A DNA stretch of 64,000 bases from Archaeoglobaceae archaeon (lineage in GTDB: Archaea > Halobacteriota > Archaeoglobi > Archaeoglobales > Archaeoglobaceae). The stretch lies in assembly GCA_046483365.1 (NCBI GenBank), contig JAWODI010000081.1:58151-122150 (forward strand), given 5' to 3'. Shown here piece after piece: positions 1 to 10,430 of the stretch. The first letter of the stretch is position 1. Each line of letters begins with the position of its first letter. The notes under the pieces are model-generated. The model did no database searches, had not been told where the DNA came from, and saw only the letters and a program-made list of their open reading frames with translations. A program made the translations under genes and the position numbers.

Positions 1-1
1 C

Positions 2-1174
2 AATAAAGAGCATTCCGACTTTTTGCAACTCTACAGGTACGATAAGAATGGGTATAAGAAGGTGTGGAGCTATACCATACCAGATGAAAGCAAATATAGC
101 GGGGTAATGAGCATTACTGCCGGAGATGCAGACAACGACGGTCAAAAAGAGATAATCGTGTCAACTGGCCAGCAAAGCGGTTCACGAGGAGTCAGTAAAC
201 TGAGGATATTCGATAAGGATGACGGGAAAGTTCTGGGTGCGTTCGAACAGGTATACTCCTACGATCTGAACCAGAGAACGAGCCCTGGATCTATCAAAGT
301 AGGTGATGCAAATAATGATGGAGAGAACGAAGTTGTGGTAGGTCTGAGCTGGTACTCCGGCAAAATATTACAATTCAAGTACAATGCCTCCGCCGACAAC
401 TATCAGGTGAGCACAGTCCAGAACACAGGGAGCGATATCAAATCAATTAACATAGCTGACGTAGACTACGACGGAGAGAACGAAGTTGTGGTCGGGACTT
501 CCTGCTGGGATGGTTACGATGTAAGGATATTGGAGCAAAGAGATACCTACGAGAATTCATGGAAGAAGAACTTGGGATATACTCTTGCCACCACGGGTAA
601 CCTCAATAACGACACCAAACCAGAGATACTGGCTATAAGTGGTACACATTGCGGAAATGCGGACATTCCTCAACCACGAGTTTACATATTCAACTGCAGC
701 AGCAATTTCCAGGGACACAGCAGATACCATGAAATGTGGAACGAGAGCTTCAAGAGAGGTGAAGGCTTCGGGCAGGGTGGCTGTTTTCCTGTAATAGGTG
801 ACCTCATAGGCAGTGAAACCAATGAGTTCGTCTTTCCCATGAACACAAATAAAACTCACAAAACAGTTTACATCTACGGTCAGGTAGACGGACAATTCAA
901 ACAACTTCAGACCATAAAGATAACTCCTTCAAATCTATTCATTGGAGACTCGGATAACAATGGAGTTAACGAGCTGTTGATCTGTGATAAACACAACAAG
1001 AAAATAAAGATCTACGAGCTACAAGAGGAAAAAGCATCGCTCAATAATACCATAAAACAACCTGCAAACGGTACAACAGACGTGGTATCCAGCACGAACA
1101 GTTTGCCTGGTTTTGAATTTGTAATTGCGGTTCTGGGTATGGTTATTACGTTAATAAGTAGAAAATGGAGATGA
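2..1174 (+). CDS. FG-GAP/VCBS-like repeat surface protein with PGF-CTERM-type anchor; 5' end runs off the window
   Basis: Frame is open back to the window edge. Repeated GDADNDGQKEIIV / GDANNDGENEVVVG / ADVDYDGENEVVVG / GDSDNNGVNELLI motifs. C-terminus LPGFEFVIAVLGMVITLISRKWR = PGF + TM helix + basic tail. Confidence 0.7.
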   Translation, partial: NKEHSDFLQLYRYDKNGYKKVWSYTIPDESKYSGVMSITAGDADNDGQKEIIVSTGQQSGSRGVSKLRIFDKDDGKVLGAFEQVYSYDLNQRTSPGSIKVGDANNDGENEVVVGLSWYSGKILQFKYNASADNYQVSTVQNTGSDIKSINIADVDYDGENEVVVGTSCWDGYDVRILEQRDTYENSWKKNLGYTLATTGNLNNDTKPEILAISGTHCGNADIPQPRVYIFNCSSNFQGHSRYHEMWNESFKRGEGFGQGGCFPVIGDLIGSETNEFVFPMNTNKTHKTVYIYGQVDGQFKQLQTIKITPSNLFIGDSDNNGVNELLICDKHNKKIKIYELQEEKASLNNTIKQPANGTTDVVSSTNSLPGFEFVIAVLGMVITLISRKWR

Positions 1175-1198
1175 TCTCCTTATTACATTCAATTATTA

Positions 1199-2371
1199 CT
1201 AAATCCTTTTTTTGAACTCGTTGGGTAAATTCAATACGCTTGCCAGTGCTATAAAATTATCTTTGGATATTACACCGTCAGCAACTTCTTTCAAGGTCTG
1301 TTTGGCATTAAACGCAATGCCCAGACCCGCGTTCTCTATCATTATTCGGTCGTTGGCTCCATCTCCAACGGCGACAACGTTCTCTTTATCCATACCCTCT
1401 ATTTGAGCCAGCTCATCTATTATACTTGCTTTTTCTCTGGAGTCGATTATCCTTCCCTTGATCTCACCAGTTAGCTTCCCATCCTTTATCTCCAGCTCGT
1501 TTCCGAAAGCATAGTCAAGTCCCAGCTCGCTCTTGAGCTTTTCAGTGAAGTAGGTGAACCCCCCACTCACCAGCGCAACCTTGTATCCAGAGTCCTTGAG
1601 GGTCTCAATAAGTTCCTTAGCACCTTCTGTCAGTTTTATGTCGCTGTATATATTTTCCAGCACCTCCACGGGAAGTCCTTCCAGCAGCTTGACCCTCTGC
1701 TTTAATGCTTCTTTGAAGTCGATCTCGCCGTTCATCGCCTTTTTTGTCAGCTCTTCTACCTCTTTTTTCGCGTTAGCCGCCTTGGCAAGCTCCACCACCA
1801 CTTCTGTGTCCACTATGGTGGAGTCCATATCGAAAACGATCAGTCTTCTTTCTCTTCTAAAGGCAGGATAGCGCTGGATCACAATATCCAGTCCGAATTT
1901 CTCTACGTCCTCTCTCAAGGCGTTCTTTATAGTTTCCGGATCGTTTTCTTCAAAATCGACCAGGAATTCTATGGAGATGAGGTGATCCCTGGCAGTGGCG
2001 TTTGCCTTCTTGATGCTTATTCTATAGTTCTGTAAAATTTTGGTTATACCATATATGAGGCCTACTCTGTCCTCACCCAGAACCTGAAGGGTGTAGAGCT
2101 TTTTTCTGATCCTCTTTCGCTTCTGGAAAGGAGATACCTGAATATTCAGCCCCAACTCCTCTGCCTTATCATCCAGCTCTTTTTTCAATTCGATCAGAGA
2201 AATAGGACATTTCTTAATATCCCCTACGATGAACATGGCAAATAATCCCTGGATTACATTCTGTTCAATATCCACTATGTTTACAGAATTCTGGGTTAAA
2301 ACTCCCGATATGTTCGGGATGATCCCAGGTGTATCTTCTCCAAACACGGATACTGCTATTAGTTTTTGCAC
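1199..2371 (-). CDS. serB: Phosphoserine phosphatase (two ACT-like domains + HAD domain)
   Basis: HAD motifs IVFDMDSTIV, ALVSGGF and VGDGANDRIMIENAGLGIAFNAK; about 170 aa of N-terminal ACT-like regulatory region. Confidence 0.85.
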   Translation of the reverse strand: MQKLIAVSVFGEDTPGIIPNISGVLTQNSVNIVDIEQNVIQGLFAMFIVGDIKKCPISLIELKKELDDKAEELGLNIQVSPFQKRKRIRKKLYTLQVLGEDRVGLIYGITKILQNYRISIKKANATARDHLISIEFLVDFEENDPETIKNALREDVEKFGLDIVIQRYPAFRRERRLIVFDMDSTIVDTEVVVELAKAANAKKEVEELTKKAMNGEIDFKEALKQRVKLLEGLPVEVLENIYSDIKLTEGAKELIETLKDSGYKVALVSGGFTYFTEKLKSELGLDYAFGNELEIKDGKLTGEIKGRIIDSREKASIIDELAQIEGMDKENVVAVGDGANDRIMIENAGLGIAFNAKQTLKEVADGVISKDNFIALASVLNLPNEFKKRI

Positions 2372-2508
2372 ACCTACATCTCCCTGACAGGCTATTTTTA
2401 GTTTATCCTTTGGGGGAAAGTTTAAAAATGTTCAGGATTAATGATGAACCATAATACTATAAATTCAGTAATCAATATAAATATAATGTAATAATAAATT
2501 CCAGGAAT

Positions 2509-4818
2509 ATGAGAATAGGAGTATTCGTTTGCCATTGCGGCTTGAACATAGCCAGAAATATAGATATTGACGAAGTGGTTAGCTATGCTCAGCAACTGGA
2601 TAATGTTGAATGTGTAAAAGATATCAAGTTTGCCTGCACCGAATCAGGGCAGGAAGAGATCGCCAATGCAATAGACGATTATGAGCTGGACGGTTTTGTG
2701 GTCGCTGCCTGCTCCCCCAAAATGCACGAAGCCACGTTCAGAAGGGTGGCCATCCAGGCAGGGCTCAACCCTTATGTAATGGCCATGGCCAATATAAGAG
2801 AGCAATGTAGCTGGGTCCATCAGGATAGAGACGATGCCACTGTTAAAGCAAAAGATCTGGTCAGGATGGCCGTGGCAAGGGCAAGATCCTCTGAACCTTT
2901 AGAGAGGAGAAGAGCCAGTGTTAAAAAAGCTGTAGCTATAATAGGTGGTGGTGTTGCCGGTATTGAGGCTGCCACCATTCTGGCAAAATCAGGTATCAAG
3001 GTTTACCTTATCGAGAAAAAACCCACCATTGGGGGTCATATGGCTCTGTTGAACGAGGTATTTCCCACCAACGACTGCTCCATCTGTATCCTGGCTCCCA
3101 AGATGAGTGAAGTGTGGAAGAACCCCAATATAGAGGTTATAACCAACGCAGAATTGAAAGAAGTCAGTGGAAGGGTAGGAAAATTCAGTGTCAAGCTGAC
3201 CAAGTATCCTCGTTATGTGGACACCGAAAAATGCGTGGGTTGTATAGACGATTGCTCTTCAGTATGCCCTGTAGAAATTCCCAACGAATACGACCAATCC
3301 ATGGGCGCCAGAAAGGCTATTTACCTGCCCATACCTCAATCAACTCCCTTCTACGCTGTTGTTGACTGGGAGAACTGCATAGGCTGTAAATTGTGTGAAA
3401 AAGCCTGCGCCCCGGAAGCAATCGATTTCGATCAGAAAAAGGAAGAAGTTGAACTGGATGTGGGAGCTATAATAGTTGCTACCGGATACAAGCCTTTCGA
3501 CCCCCGAAAGAAGCCGGAGTACAGGTACGACAGCTACAAGAATGTTATCACCACTCTGGAGCTGGAGAGACTGCTTTCCGCCAGTGGACCGACCATGGGA
3601 AATTTGAACCTCAACAATGATTCCAGGATCGCTTTCATCCAGTGTGTGGGTAGCAGGGATGAGAAGACAAATGAGTACTGCAGCAGGGTTTGCTGTATGG
3701 AGAGCCTCAAAAACGCTTTGATAATCAAAGACCGCTATCCGGATTCAGAGGTTTCCATCTTCTACACCGATATACGGGCATCAGGAAGGATGTATGAAGA
3801 GTACTACAAGAGAGCGCTGAAAAAAGGGATACGGTTCGTCAGAGGTGGAGTGGGTAATGTATGGGATAAGGACGGAAAAACTGTCCTCAGCTATGAAGAC
3901 ACCCTGAACGATGAGGTAAAGAAAGAAGAGTTCGACCTGGTGGTGCTGGCCATAGGTATGGAAAGCAATCCCGAGCTGGCACAGAAGGTAGGTATCACAT
4001 CAGGAGAAGACGGATTTTATGAAGTAGCTCACCCCAAACTCAGGCCCGCGGAAACCGATGTCAGAGGTGTTTTCGTTGCGGGAACGGCTAGTGGTCCCAG
4101 AGATATTCAGGACACCATAGCTTCAGCCGGACTGGCGGCTTCCAAAGCTATGGACATAATCCTGTCCGAAACCGTAGAGTTCTATCCCTATAACGCATAT
4201 GTAGAAGAGGACAAGTGTACAGGATGCAGGATATGTGTAGACTTGTGCAACTTCAAGGCAGCCTTCATGAAGAACGGGACTGCGGAAATAGATCCCAATG
4301 CATGTACCATGTGCGGAATATGTGTTTCTGCCTGCCCTGTAGATGCCATAAATATGGGTTTCTTCTCCAACGAGCAGCTTACGGCTCAAATAGAGGCTCT
4401 GGCGGAAGAAAAGAGCATGGAACCCATCATCCTGGTCTTTGCCTGCTGGTATTGCAGTTATGCTGCAGCGGATCTAGCGGGAATGACCAAAAGAGAGTAC
4501 AAACCCAATGTCAGAATCGTTAGAGTCTTGTGCGCCGGAAGAATTGACGCAGAATGGATCTTGAAGGCGCTGGAGCTGGGGATAGATGGGGTAATGATCA
4601 CGGGGTGTAGAGAAGGTGAATGTCACTTCAAATGGGGGAATGAGAAAACCGATACCAGAGTAGAGACACTGAAGAACGTCCTGTCCGAGCTGGACATAAA
4701 CCCCCAGAGGATCAAGACCGCCTGGCTTTCGGCAGGGGATGCCCGGGCAATGGCCAGAGAGATCTCCTCCTTTGTTGATGAGGTAGAACAACTGAATAGG
4801 GATGAATATGGAAGTTGA
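2509..4818 (+). CDS. hdrA: Heterodisulfide reductase subunit A-like flavoprotein fused to an MvhD-like C-terminal domain
   Basis: N-terminal GVFVCHCGLNIA Cys motif, FAD fold IIGGGVAGIEAA, several CxxCxxCxxxCP ferredoxin motifs. C-terminal ILVFACWYCSYAAADLAG...RVLCAGRID...ITGCREGECHF matches the MvhD/FlpD pattern. Confidence 0.85.
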   Translation: MRIGVFVCHCGLNIARNIDIDEVVSYAQQLDNVECVKDIKFACTESGQEEIANAIDDYELDGFVVAACSPKMHEATFRRVAIQAGLNPYVMAMANIREQCSWVHQDRDDATVKAKDLVRMAVARARSSEPLERRRASVKKAVAIIGGGVAGIEAATILAKSGIKVYLIEKKPTIGGHMALLNEVFPTNDCSICILAPKMSEVWKNPNIEVITNAELKEVSGRVGKFSVKLTKYPRYVDTEKCVGCIDDCSSVCPVEIPNEYDQSMGARKAIYLPIPQSTPFYAVVDWENCIGCKLCEKACAPEAIDFDQKKEEVELDVGAIIVATGYKPFDPRKKPEYRYDSYKNVITTLELERLLSASGPTMGNLNLNNDSRIAFIQCVGSRDEKTNEYCSRVCCMESLKNALIIKDRYPDSEVSIFYTDIRASGRMYEEYYKRALKKGIRFVRGGVGNVWDKDGKTVLSYEDTLNDEVKKEEFDLVVLAIGMESNPELAQKVGITSGEDGFYEVAHPKLRPAETDVRGVFVAGTASGPRDIQDTIASAGLAASKAMDIILSETVEFYPYNAYVEEDKCTGCRICVDLCNFKAAFMKNGTAEIDPNACTMCGICVSACPVDAINMGFFSNEQLTAQIEALAEEKSMEPIILVFACWYCSYAAADLAGMTKREYKPNVRIVRVLCAGRIDAEWILKALELGIDGVMITGCREGECHFKWGNEKTDTRVETLKNVLSELDINPQRIKTAWLSAGDARAMAREISSFVDEVEQLNRDEYGS

Positions 4819-6118
4819 CAGATCTGTAGATGTTCATGACGACCGGAAATTCAGGTTCATCCAGAAGGCAGCCGATGAAGTCAGGGAGCTGGTCTTCGAT
4901 CCTGTTAAATGCAACGGCTGCGGTATCTGCGTTTATTCTTGCCCCGTCAGGGCGATAGAGCTCTCCGAGATTCACGAAATTGCCAAAGGGCTGGACATGC
5001 CTCCAGTTATAATCGACCACCTTCAATGCGCCTATTGCGGTATATGCTATGCTTTCTGTCCCTTCGATGCCTATGAGTTCTACATCAATGGAGAGAAGGT
5101 GGAGAAGGACGAGCTCACCATTTCGCCAGTGGCAACAACCCAAAAGCTGGACAACTGTGAGGAGTGCACCCTGTGCTACAAGGTGTGCCCCACTGAAGCG
5201 ATCGAGAGAAAGATACACCTCCATAGGGACGATATACCCCAAAAGAATGAAGAGGGTATGGAAGGAAAGCTGGAGGTAGATAAAGAGAAATGCAATCTGT
5301 GCGGCATCTGTGCAGAGTTCTGTAGGGCTTTCCAGATGGTAGATAAAGAGGTAAAGCCGGACAGCATTATGCCTTACGATGATATCCTTACTGATGAAGA
5401 TAAATGCGATTACTGTAAACTGTGTGAGGAGATCTGCCCTGAAGACGCCATCAAGGTGGAGGGAAAGAGGATCGAGTATGAGCTGCCGGAGAAGATAGCG
5501 GAAATAATTGTTGACCAGAAGTTGTGTTCTTACTGCACTTATTGCGTGCACGTCTGCCCCTACGATGCTGTCAAGACCATAAAGCCCACCGAAGGTACCC
5601 TCAAACTATACGAGAAAAGGATGGATAAATGCGAGCCTCTTGCCTGTATGGCATGTGTGAACATCTGCAAGAACAACCACGTGTGGTGGGTTGAAGATAA
5701 ATTACGATTTAATGAAGATTACTGTATCCACTGCGGTGCATGTGAGAATGCCTGCCCCTACGATCTGATAGAAGTCCACAGAAAAGCCTTCTATTCTAAA
5801 GAACGTCTAAATGAGCCCTGGAGAGAAGCGTGGAACAAAGCACTTGAGAGGGTGATCAATAAAGAAGTTGTAAGCATTGAAGAGATCCAGGTGCCCATTG
5901 AAGAACCTCCCGAAGCTGAAAAGATAGCCTCCAGGCCAAAAATGGAGAGAGTGCAGGTCAAAAAATTTGAAGATATGATCAAGATCTCTACTTATAAAAG
6001 GTTGCAGAATATTTTAAAAACACCAGCCTATAGAAGAGCATTTGAAAAGGGTAATGCAAAATTGATGCTCAAAGCAGTGAGAAAACATGCATCCGAACGA
6101 CTTACAAAAAAAGAGTGA
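4802..6118 (+). CDS. Polyferredoxin (about 8 predicted 4Fe-4S cluster motifs)
   Basis: Eight CxxCxxC(xxxCP) motifs, e.g. CNGCGICVYSCP, CAYCGICYAFCP, CDYCKLCEEICP, CIHCGACENACP. Overlaps the hdrA stop by 17 nt, suggesting coupled translation; an alternative ATG lies at 4808. Confidence 0.8.
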   Translation: MNMEVDRSVDVHDDRKFRFIQKAADEVRELVFDPVKCNGCGICVYSCPVRAIELSEIHEIAKGLDMPPVIIDHLQCAYCGICYAFCPFDAYEFYINGEKVEKDELTISPVATTQKLDNCEECTLCYKVCPTEAIERKIHLHRDDIPQKNEEGMEGKLEVDKEKCNLCGICAEFCRAFQMVDKEVKPDSIMPYDDILTDEDKCDYCKLCEEICPEDAIKVEGKRIEYELPEKIAEIIVDQKLCSYCTYCVHVCPYDAVKTIKPTEGTLKLYEKRMDKCEPLACMACVNICKNNHVWWVEDKLRFNEDYCIHCGACENACPYDLIEVHRKAFYSKERLNEPWREAWNKALERVINKEVVSIEEIQVPIEEPPEAEKIASRPKMERVQVKKFEDMIKISTYKRLQNILKTPAYRRAFEKGNAKLMLKAVRKHASERLTKKE

Positions 6119-7271
6119 CAAACTGAAAGGAAAAAAAGTTGTGCTGGCAGTCACCGGCAGCATTGCGGCTATCGAAAGTGTAAAACTGGCTAGAGAGCTG
6201 GTGAGAAGAGGGGCCGAAGTAGTAGGAGTAATGAGCAATGATGCTCTCAAGATCATTCATCCCTACGCTCTTGAATTTGCTACCCATGATCTGGTCACTG
6301 AGATCACCGGAAAAGTGGAGCACGTTGGCCTTCTTGATGCCGATCTGCTGCTTATTGCACCTGCTTCGGCGAGCACCATATCCAAGGTGGCGAAGGGTGT
6401 AGCAGATACCCCGGTAACCCTTACGGCTGCTACGGTCCTGGGTAAAATGCCTGTTATTCTAGTCCCTTCTATGCATGAAAGCATGTACGACAATCCCATT
6501 ATCAAGGAGAACGTAGAGAGGTTGAGAGATCTGGGTGGAGTTGAATTTGTGGAGCCTCATCATGAAGAGGGCAAGGCCAAATTCCCCCCCATAGAGACGA
6601 TTTGTCTTCACGTAGAGAGGGCATTATACCCCAAAGATATGAGAGGAAAAGATATAGTGGTTACTTCAGGCCCCACGTATGAGCAGATAGACCCCATCAG
6701 GTTCATCAGCAACAAAAGTTCAGGATTGATGGGTAGAGAGATCGCTCTGGAGTTGTGGAGGAGAGGAGCTTCCATAACCCACATCACGTCCCACCCCCTC
6801 AATCTGGAGCTTCCAGAGTTCAGAGAGGTTTATACTTACTCCGTTAGCCATATGCTGGACGCTTCTATAACTGAAGTTGAAAGCGGTTGTGATCTATTTG
6901 TCTCTGCAGCAGCCCCCTCTGATTTCGTAGTAGAGATGAACGATAAGAAAATGAAGACCGGGGAAACAAATATAAAGCTCGGAGCTGCTCCCAAGATCAT
7001 CAAGGAGCTACGCAAGTTCTATAAAGGACCTATGATCGGATTCAAGGCAGAAACCGGAGTTCCAGATGAGGAATTGTATCAAATAGCCCACGAAAAGATG
7101 GTGGAAGATAGACTGGAGATGGTGGTGGCCAACGACGTCAAGGAGAAGGGTATGGGGACAGAGGATACCAGAGTGCTGATGCTCACCGGTAAAAGGAATG
7201 ACTGGTCAGAGGGTTCAAAATCACAGATAGCGGAGAAGATCGTTAAAGCTTTTGTAGAAGACTGTTTATAA
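6087..7271 (+). CDS. coaBC: Bifunctional phosphopantothenoylcysteine decarboxylase / synthetase
   Basis: N-terminal flavoprotein motif KKVVLAVTGSIAAIE; CoaB-type SSGLMG motif; length 394 aa. Confidence 0.85.
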   Translation: MHPNDLQKKSDKLKGKKVVLAVTGSIAAIESVKLARELVRRGAEVVGVMSNDALKIIHPYALEFATHDLVTEITGKVEHVGLLDADLLLIAPASASTISKVAKGVADTPVTLTAATVLGKMPVILVPSMHESMYDNPIIKENVERLRDLGGVEFVEPHHEEGKAKFPPIETICLHVERALYPKDMRGKDIVVTSGPTYEQIDPIRFISNKSSGLMGREIALELWRRGASITHITSHPLNLELPEFREVYTYSVSHMLDASITEVESGCDLFVSAAAPSDFVVEMNDKKMKTGETNIKLGAAPKIIKELRKFYKGPMIGFKAETGVPDEELYQIAHEKMVEDRLEMVVANDVKEKGMGTEDTRVLMLTGKRNDWSEGSKSQIAEKIVKAFVEDCL

Positions 7272-7272
7272 C

Positions 7273-8097
7273 ATGACCTTCTTCTCTCCCGCAAGCATTA
7301 CCTGCTTTTTCTCAGTCCATTCTGCTGACGAGCCACGTCTCAGCGGTTCTTCAGGAGTTGGATTAACACCCGAGATGGGAGCCAGGGCGAGCATTTCTTC
7401 CAGAGGGTCGGGGATCAGGGTCAACGGGGTTGCCCGGGATTTTCCTACGGTAGAATACGTTATGGATAAACTGGGATGTAAGTGTGGAATGGATATCGAA
7501 TTGGATTTCCCTGCCGAATGCGGATTCGGAATGAGTGGCGCTTCGGCCCTTACCACTGCCTTTGAGGTCGATAAGACTTTTAACCTCAAGAGATCCTTTT
7601 ACGAGCTGGCGGACCTTGCTCACGAGGCTGAGATCGTGTGCAGGACCGGGATGGGCGATGTTGTCTGCCAGTGTTCCGGTGGAGTGGTGGTGAGGAAAAT
7701 GCCTGGTGCACCCTCACGAGCGGTTATTGATAGGTTCCTGTGGGATATGGAGCTCGATCTGTTGGTATTAGGACCTCTTTCCACCAGGAATCTTTTAGAT
7801 GATGATGAGAAGGTCAATCGCATCAATGAGCTGGGAAAAGATTATGTTGGCACTTTTTTGAGCGATCCTCAGATGGAGAATCTTTTTAGGCTATCCAGGA
7901 ATTTCGCCACCGAAACTGGGTTGCTTGACAGCAAGCTGGAGCACATCATCGATGAAGTAGAATCCGCAGGTGGCAAGGCTTCTATGGTCATGCTGGGGAG
8001 AGCGATCTTTGCCGTCAATGGATCTGAAGTTCTACAGGACTACGGAGACCTGTACAGGGTTCCTTTAAGCCATTGTGGAGTTAAAAAGGTTAATTAG
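7273..8097 (+). CDS. GHMP-family kinase, probably archaeal pantoate kinase
   Basis: GHMP motif GFGMSGASALTTAF; N-terminal SPASITCFFSV pattern; starts 2 nt after the coaBC stop. The CoA-pathway context supports pantoate kinase. Confidence 0.6.
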   Translation: MTFFSPASITCFFSVHSADEPRLSGSSGVGLTPEMGARASISSRGSGIRVNGVARDFPTVEYVMDKLGCKCGMDIELDFPAECGFGMSGASALTTAFEVDKTFNLKRSFYELADLAHEAEIVCRTGMGDVVCQCSGGVVVRKMPGAPSRAVIDRFLWDMELDLLVLGPLSTRNLLDDDEKVNRINELGKDYVGTFLSDPQMENLFRLSRNFATETGLLDSKLEHIIDEVESAGGKASMVMLGRAIFAVNGSEVLQDYGDLYRVPLSHCGVKKVN

Positions 8098-8228
8098 ATA
8101 TAGTTAATAATTATATTATACTGTCATCAATTAATTACCTCCTTATCAAAGCCTTAAATTCCAAGCTATCTATTATGTTGAATAGAGTAACGTGCAAAAT
8201 TCGCTAATTTTTTATAAGTTAAGGCTCT

Positions 8229-8810
8229 GTGATGACCATGGTTGGACTTTTTGAACTGGATGACAAGGATAAACTTATTCTGGAGATCCTGGAAAAAAAC
8301 TCTGAAATCTCTCAAAATGAAATAGCTAGACAGGTGGGACTTTCTCAACCCTCTGTAGGTGCCAGGATCAAGAGAATGAGGGATATGGGAATAATTAATC
8401 ATAGTTACGGTATTAACATCAAGGAGCCAGGACTTTATGTTCTTAAAGTGGATGTGAAATGCAGACAGCCCAGAGATCTGCTTAAACTGTTTGAAGGATG
8501 CCCCTTTTTCCTAAACGGTTTTATAGTCGCAGGTAACAGGAACTTGACCATGATGTTCATAGGTGAAGACCTATCCACACTGGAGGCAATTGTAGACCAG
8601 CACGTCAGACCCAGCCCCGACGTATACGATATTGACGTAGGGATCGTGGTCAGAGCCGAGAGGAACACAGTGGTCCCCATGAAGATCCACGTAGAGCACG
8701 CCGAAACGCCCTCATGCAACTTTACCTGCGGTCAATGCGATTACTGGAGCAACCAGCTCTGTCTGGGTTGTCCAATAACAGGTCATTATAGAGGAAATAT
8801 TTGGAAATAA
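8229..8810 (+). CDS. Lrp/AsnC-type HTH regulator with Cys-rich C-terminal domain
   Basis: N-terminal LDDKDKLILEILEKNSEISQNEIARQVGLSQPSVGARIKRM HTH; C-terminal CNFTCGQCDYWSNQLCLGCP. Confidence 0.6.
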   Translation: MMTMVGLFELDDKDKLILEILEKNSEISQNEIARQVGLSQPSVGARIKRMRDMGIINHSYGINIKEPGLYVLKVDVKCRQPRDLLKLFEGCPFFLNGFIVAGNRNLTMMFIGEDLSTLEAIVDQHVRPSPDVYDIDVGIVVRAERNTVVPMKIHVEHAETPSCNFTCGQCDYWSNQLCLGCPITGHYRGNIWK

Positions 8811-8812
8811 CC

Positions 8813-9394
8813 ATGTTAAGCCTCCTGAAATACAAAGTAGAAGAAATACTGCTGCCCCTGACCAGGCTGGCAGTTAGAGCAGGGTTAAAACCCAATCACA
8901 TTTCTCTGCTCGGCTTTATTCTGGGGATCGCTGCCGGTGTGGCCATTGCGGTATCGGAATTAATTACGGGTGTTATTCTTCTGGCTCTCAGCAGCTTCAT
9001 GGACGTCTTCGACGGAGCCATGGCACGAGGCGGGGGGAAAGAAACGGAGTTCGGAGGATTTCTTGACTCCGTTTTCGATAGGTATGTGGATATAGCCATC
9101 TTCACCGGCCTCGGAATTTATGCTGCCAGAGAGATCACTTCACCCATACCCATATGGCCCCTGGTGATAGTAACACTGGCAGGAGCAATGCTGGTGAGCT
9201 ACACCCGAGCCAGAGCAGAGCACGCCATACCCAATTGTGACGTTGGGGTTGTTGAGAGGGGGGAGAGGATAATTCTGATAGTTATCGCCCTTTTGACCGG
9301 GTACATCTGGCAGATATTACTTATAATTGGGATATTCTCCCATATTACTGCTATTCATAGGGTATTGTATACTTATATTAAGACCAGGCAATAA
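8813..9394 (+). CDS. CDP-alcohol phosphatidyltransferase (archaeal polar-lipid head-group synthase family)
   Basis: Signature D-x2-DG-x2-AR-x8-G-x3-D-x3-D present as DVFDGAMARGGGKETEFGGFLDSVFD; multi-pass membrane protein. The ATG at 8813 is preferred over the TTG at 8801. Confidence 0.8.
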   Translation: MLSLLKYKVEEILLPLTRLAVRAGLKPNHISLLGFILGIAAGVAIAVSELITGVILLALSSFMDVFDGAMARGGGKETEFGGFLDSVFDRYVDIAIFTGLGIYAAREITSPIPIWPLVIVTLAGAMLVSYTRARAEHAIPNCDVGVVERGERIILIVIALLTGYIWQILLIIGIFSHITAIHRVLYTYIKTRQ

Positions 9395-9536
9395 ATCTAT
9401 TTCCAACGGACAGTCAGAATGCTTGTATAAAACAATCCCTTCAATAAATCGCAACCAAAAATATAATTAACGATAACAAAGAAGGGTATAGATTGGTTAG
9501 TTGGTTAAACCACTTAAGAAAAGCTATCGGTTTAAT

Positions 9537-9992
9537 TTAGTGTTCTTTCGGAATGCTGGTGTATCTGAATGCCACAGGTACCTCGTGGATTTCCATTTTT
9601 TGTGCCTCGTCATCGATTATCCCGCATACATTATCCAGCGTGTTTTTTGATGGGGTTGAGTTCTTATCAATACCCACTACGAAGTAACCCTGGCGATCAT
9701 GTCCATAGCTGATTATAGGGCCATTTGGATAAAAATAAGGGGACAGCGAATTGTTCTCTCTTATATTATCACCGAGTCTATCAAGCTTGTTTAACCAACT
9801 TTGACCTTCTTCGATTTTATATTCGGATGAAATGTTCCCATATGTTGCAAAATAATCATTAGATTGATTATCAAGTGTAACTGGAGAAGACATAATGGTT
9901 GGGGTGGGAGTTGGCTTGGGTTCCTCTTGTTGTGAACAACCAAGTAAAGGTAGCGCCAGCAACAAACAAACCAAATAAACCTTAGCTCTCAT
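9537..9992 (-). CDS. Secreted lipoprotein, unknown function
   Basis: Signal peptide with lipobox LLGCSQQ, then a Pro/Thr linker PKPTPTPT; preceded by Cassette A. Confidence 0.5.
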   Translation of the reverse strand: MRAKVYLVCLLLALPLLGCSQQEEPKPTPTPTIMSSPVTLDNQSNDYFATYGNISSEYKIEEGQSWLNKLDRLGDNIRENNSLSPYFYPNGPIISYGHDRQGYFVVGIDKNSTPSKNTLDNVCGIIDDEAQKMEIHEVPVAFRYTSIPKEH

Positions 9993-10060
9993 TCCAACCC
10001 AATCCCCTTTAGTTTAGCCAAATTTATATAGTGGTTTTGTTTTGGTAAGTTTTTATTAAT
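9993..10060 (-). promoter_or_regulatory. Cassette A copy 1 (promoter/leader)
   Basis: Gene-sense reading: TTAATAAAAACTTACCAAAACAAAACC..TATATAA..AAAGGGGATTGGGTTGGA-ATG. Confidence 0.55.
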
Positions 10061-10073
10061 AACAATTTTTAAA

Positions 10074-10268
10074 TTATGGAATACGCCAAGGACCAAAGAA
10101 TGCATTAACCACAATCCACAAAATAATCACTAATACTGCAAGTCTCTTCAAAAGTCCTTTAGAATGACTTATCCTATAAATGAGGAATAAGACCAAGAAA
10201 AAACAAAGTGGATAAACCAACGCTACCAATACAGCTACTAAACCCTCAGACTCCGGATACAGATTCAT
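10074..10268 (-). CDS. Small two-helix membrane protein
   Basis: Hydrophobic ORF; internal ATG (MNLYPESEG...) preferred over the track's upstream start. Confidence 0.35.
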   Translation of the reverse strand: MNLYPESEGLVAVLVALVYPLCFFLVLFLIYRISHSKGLLKRLAVLVIILWIVVNAFFGPWRIP

Positions 10269-10430
10269 AAACCATAAACCTCTTACCAAAGTGAAGTTAA
10301 ACGAACTGCTACCACAGACTCACATTTTACCCGGCAACCCACCAACCCCTTGAGAACCTCATACTTTTCATGTTCCCTTCGCTTAACGCTAACTTCCATG
10401 CCACTAAAATCCCCTTTAATTGTCAACTGA

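Noticed and set aside
4712-5551. 279-aa minus-strand ORF, plus other ORFs in the opposite strand or alternative frames of hdrA and the polyferredoxin (3114..3365, 3534..3728, 4123..4389, 4215..4523, 4474..4791, 5049..5279, 5176..5367)
   Set aside because: All lie entirely inside strongly supported genes with clear cofactor motifs. Their translations are low-complexity with no motifs, as expected for shadow ORFs.
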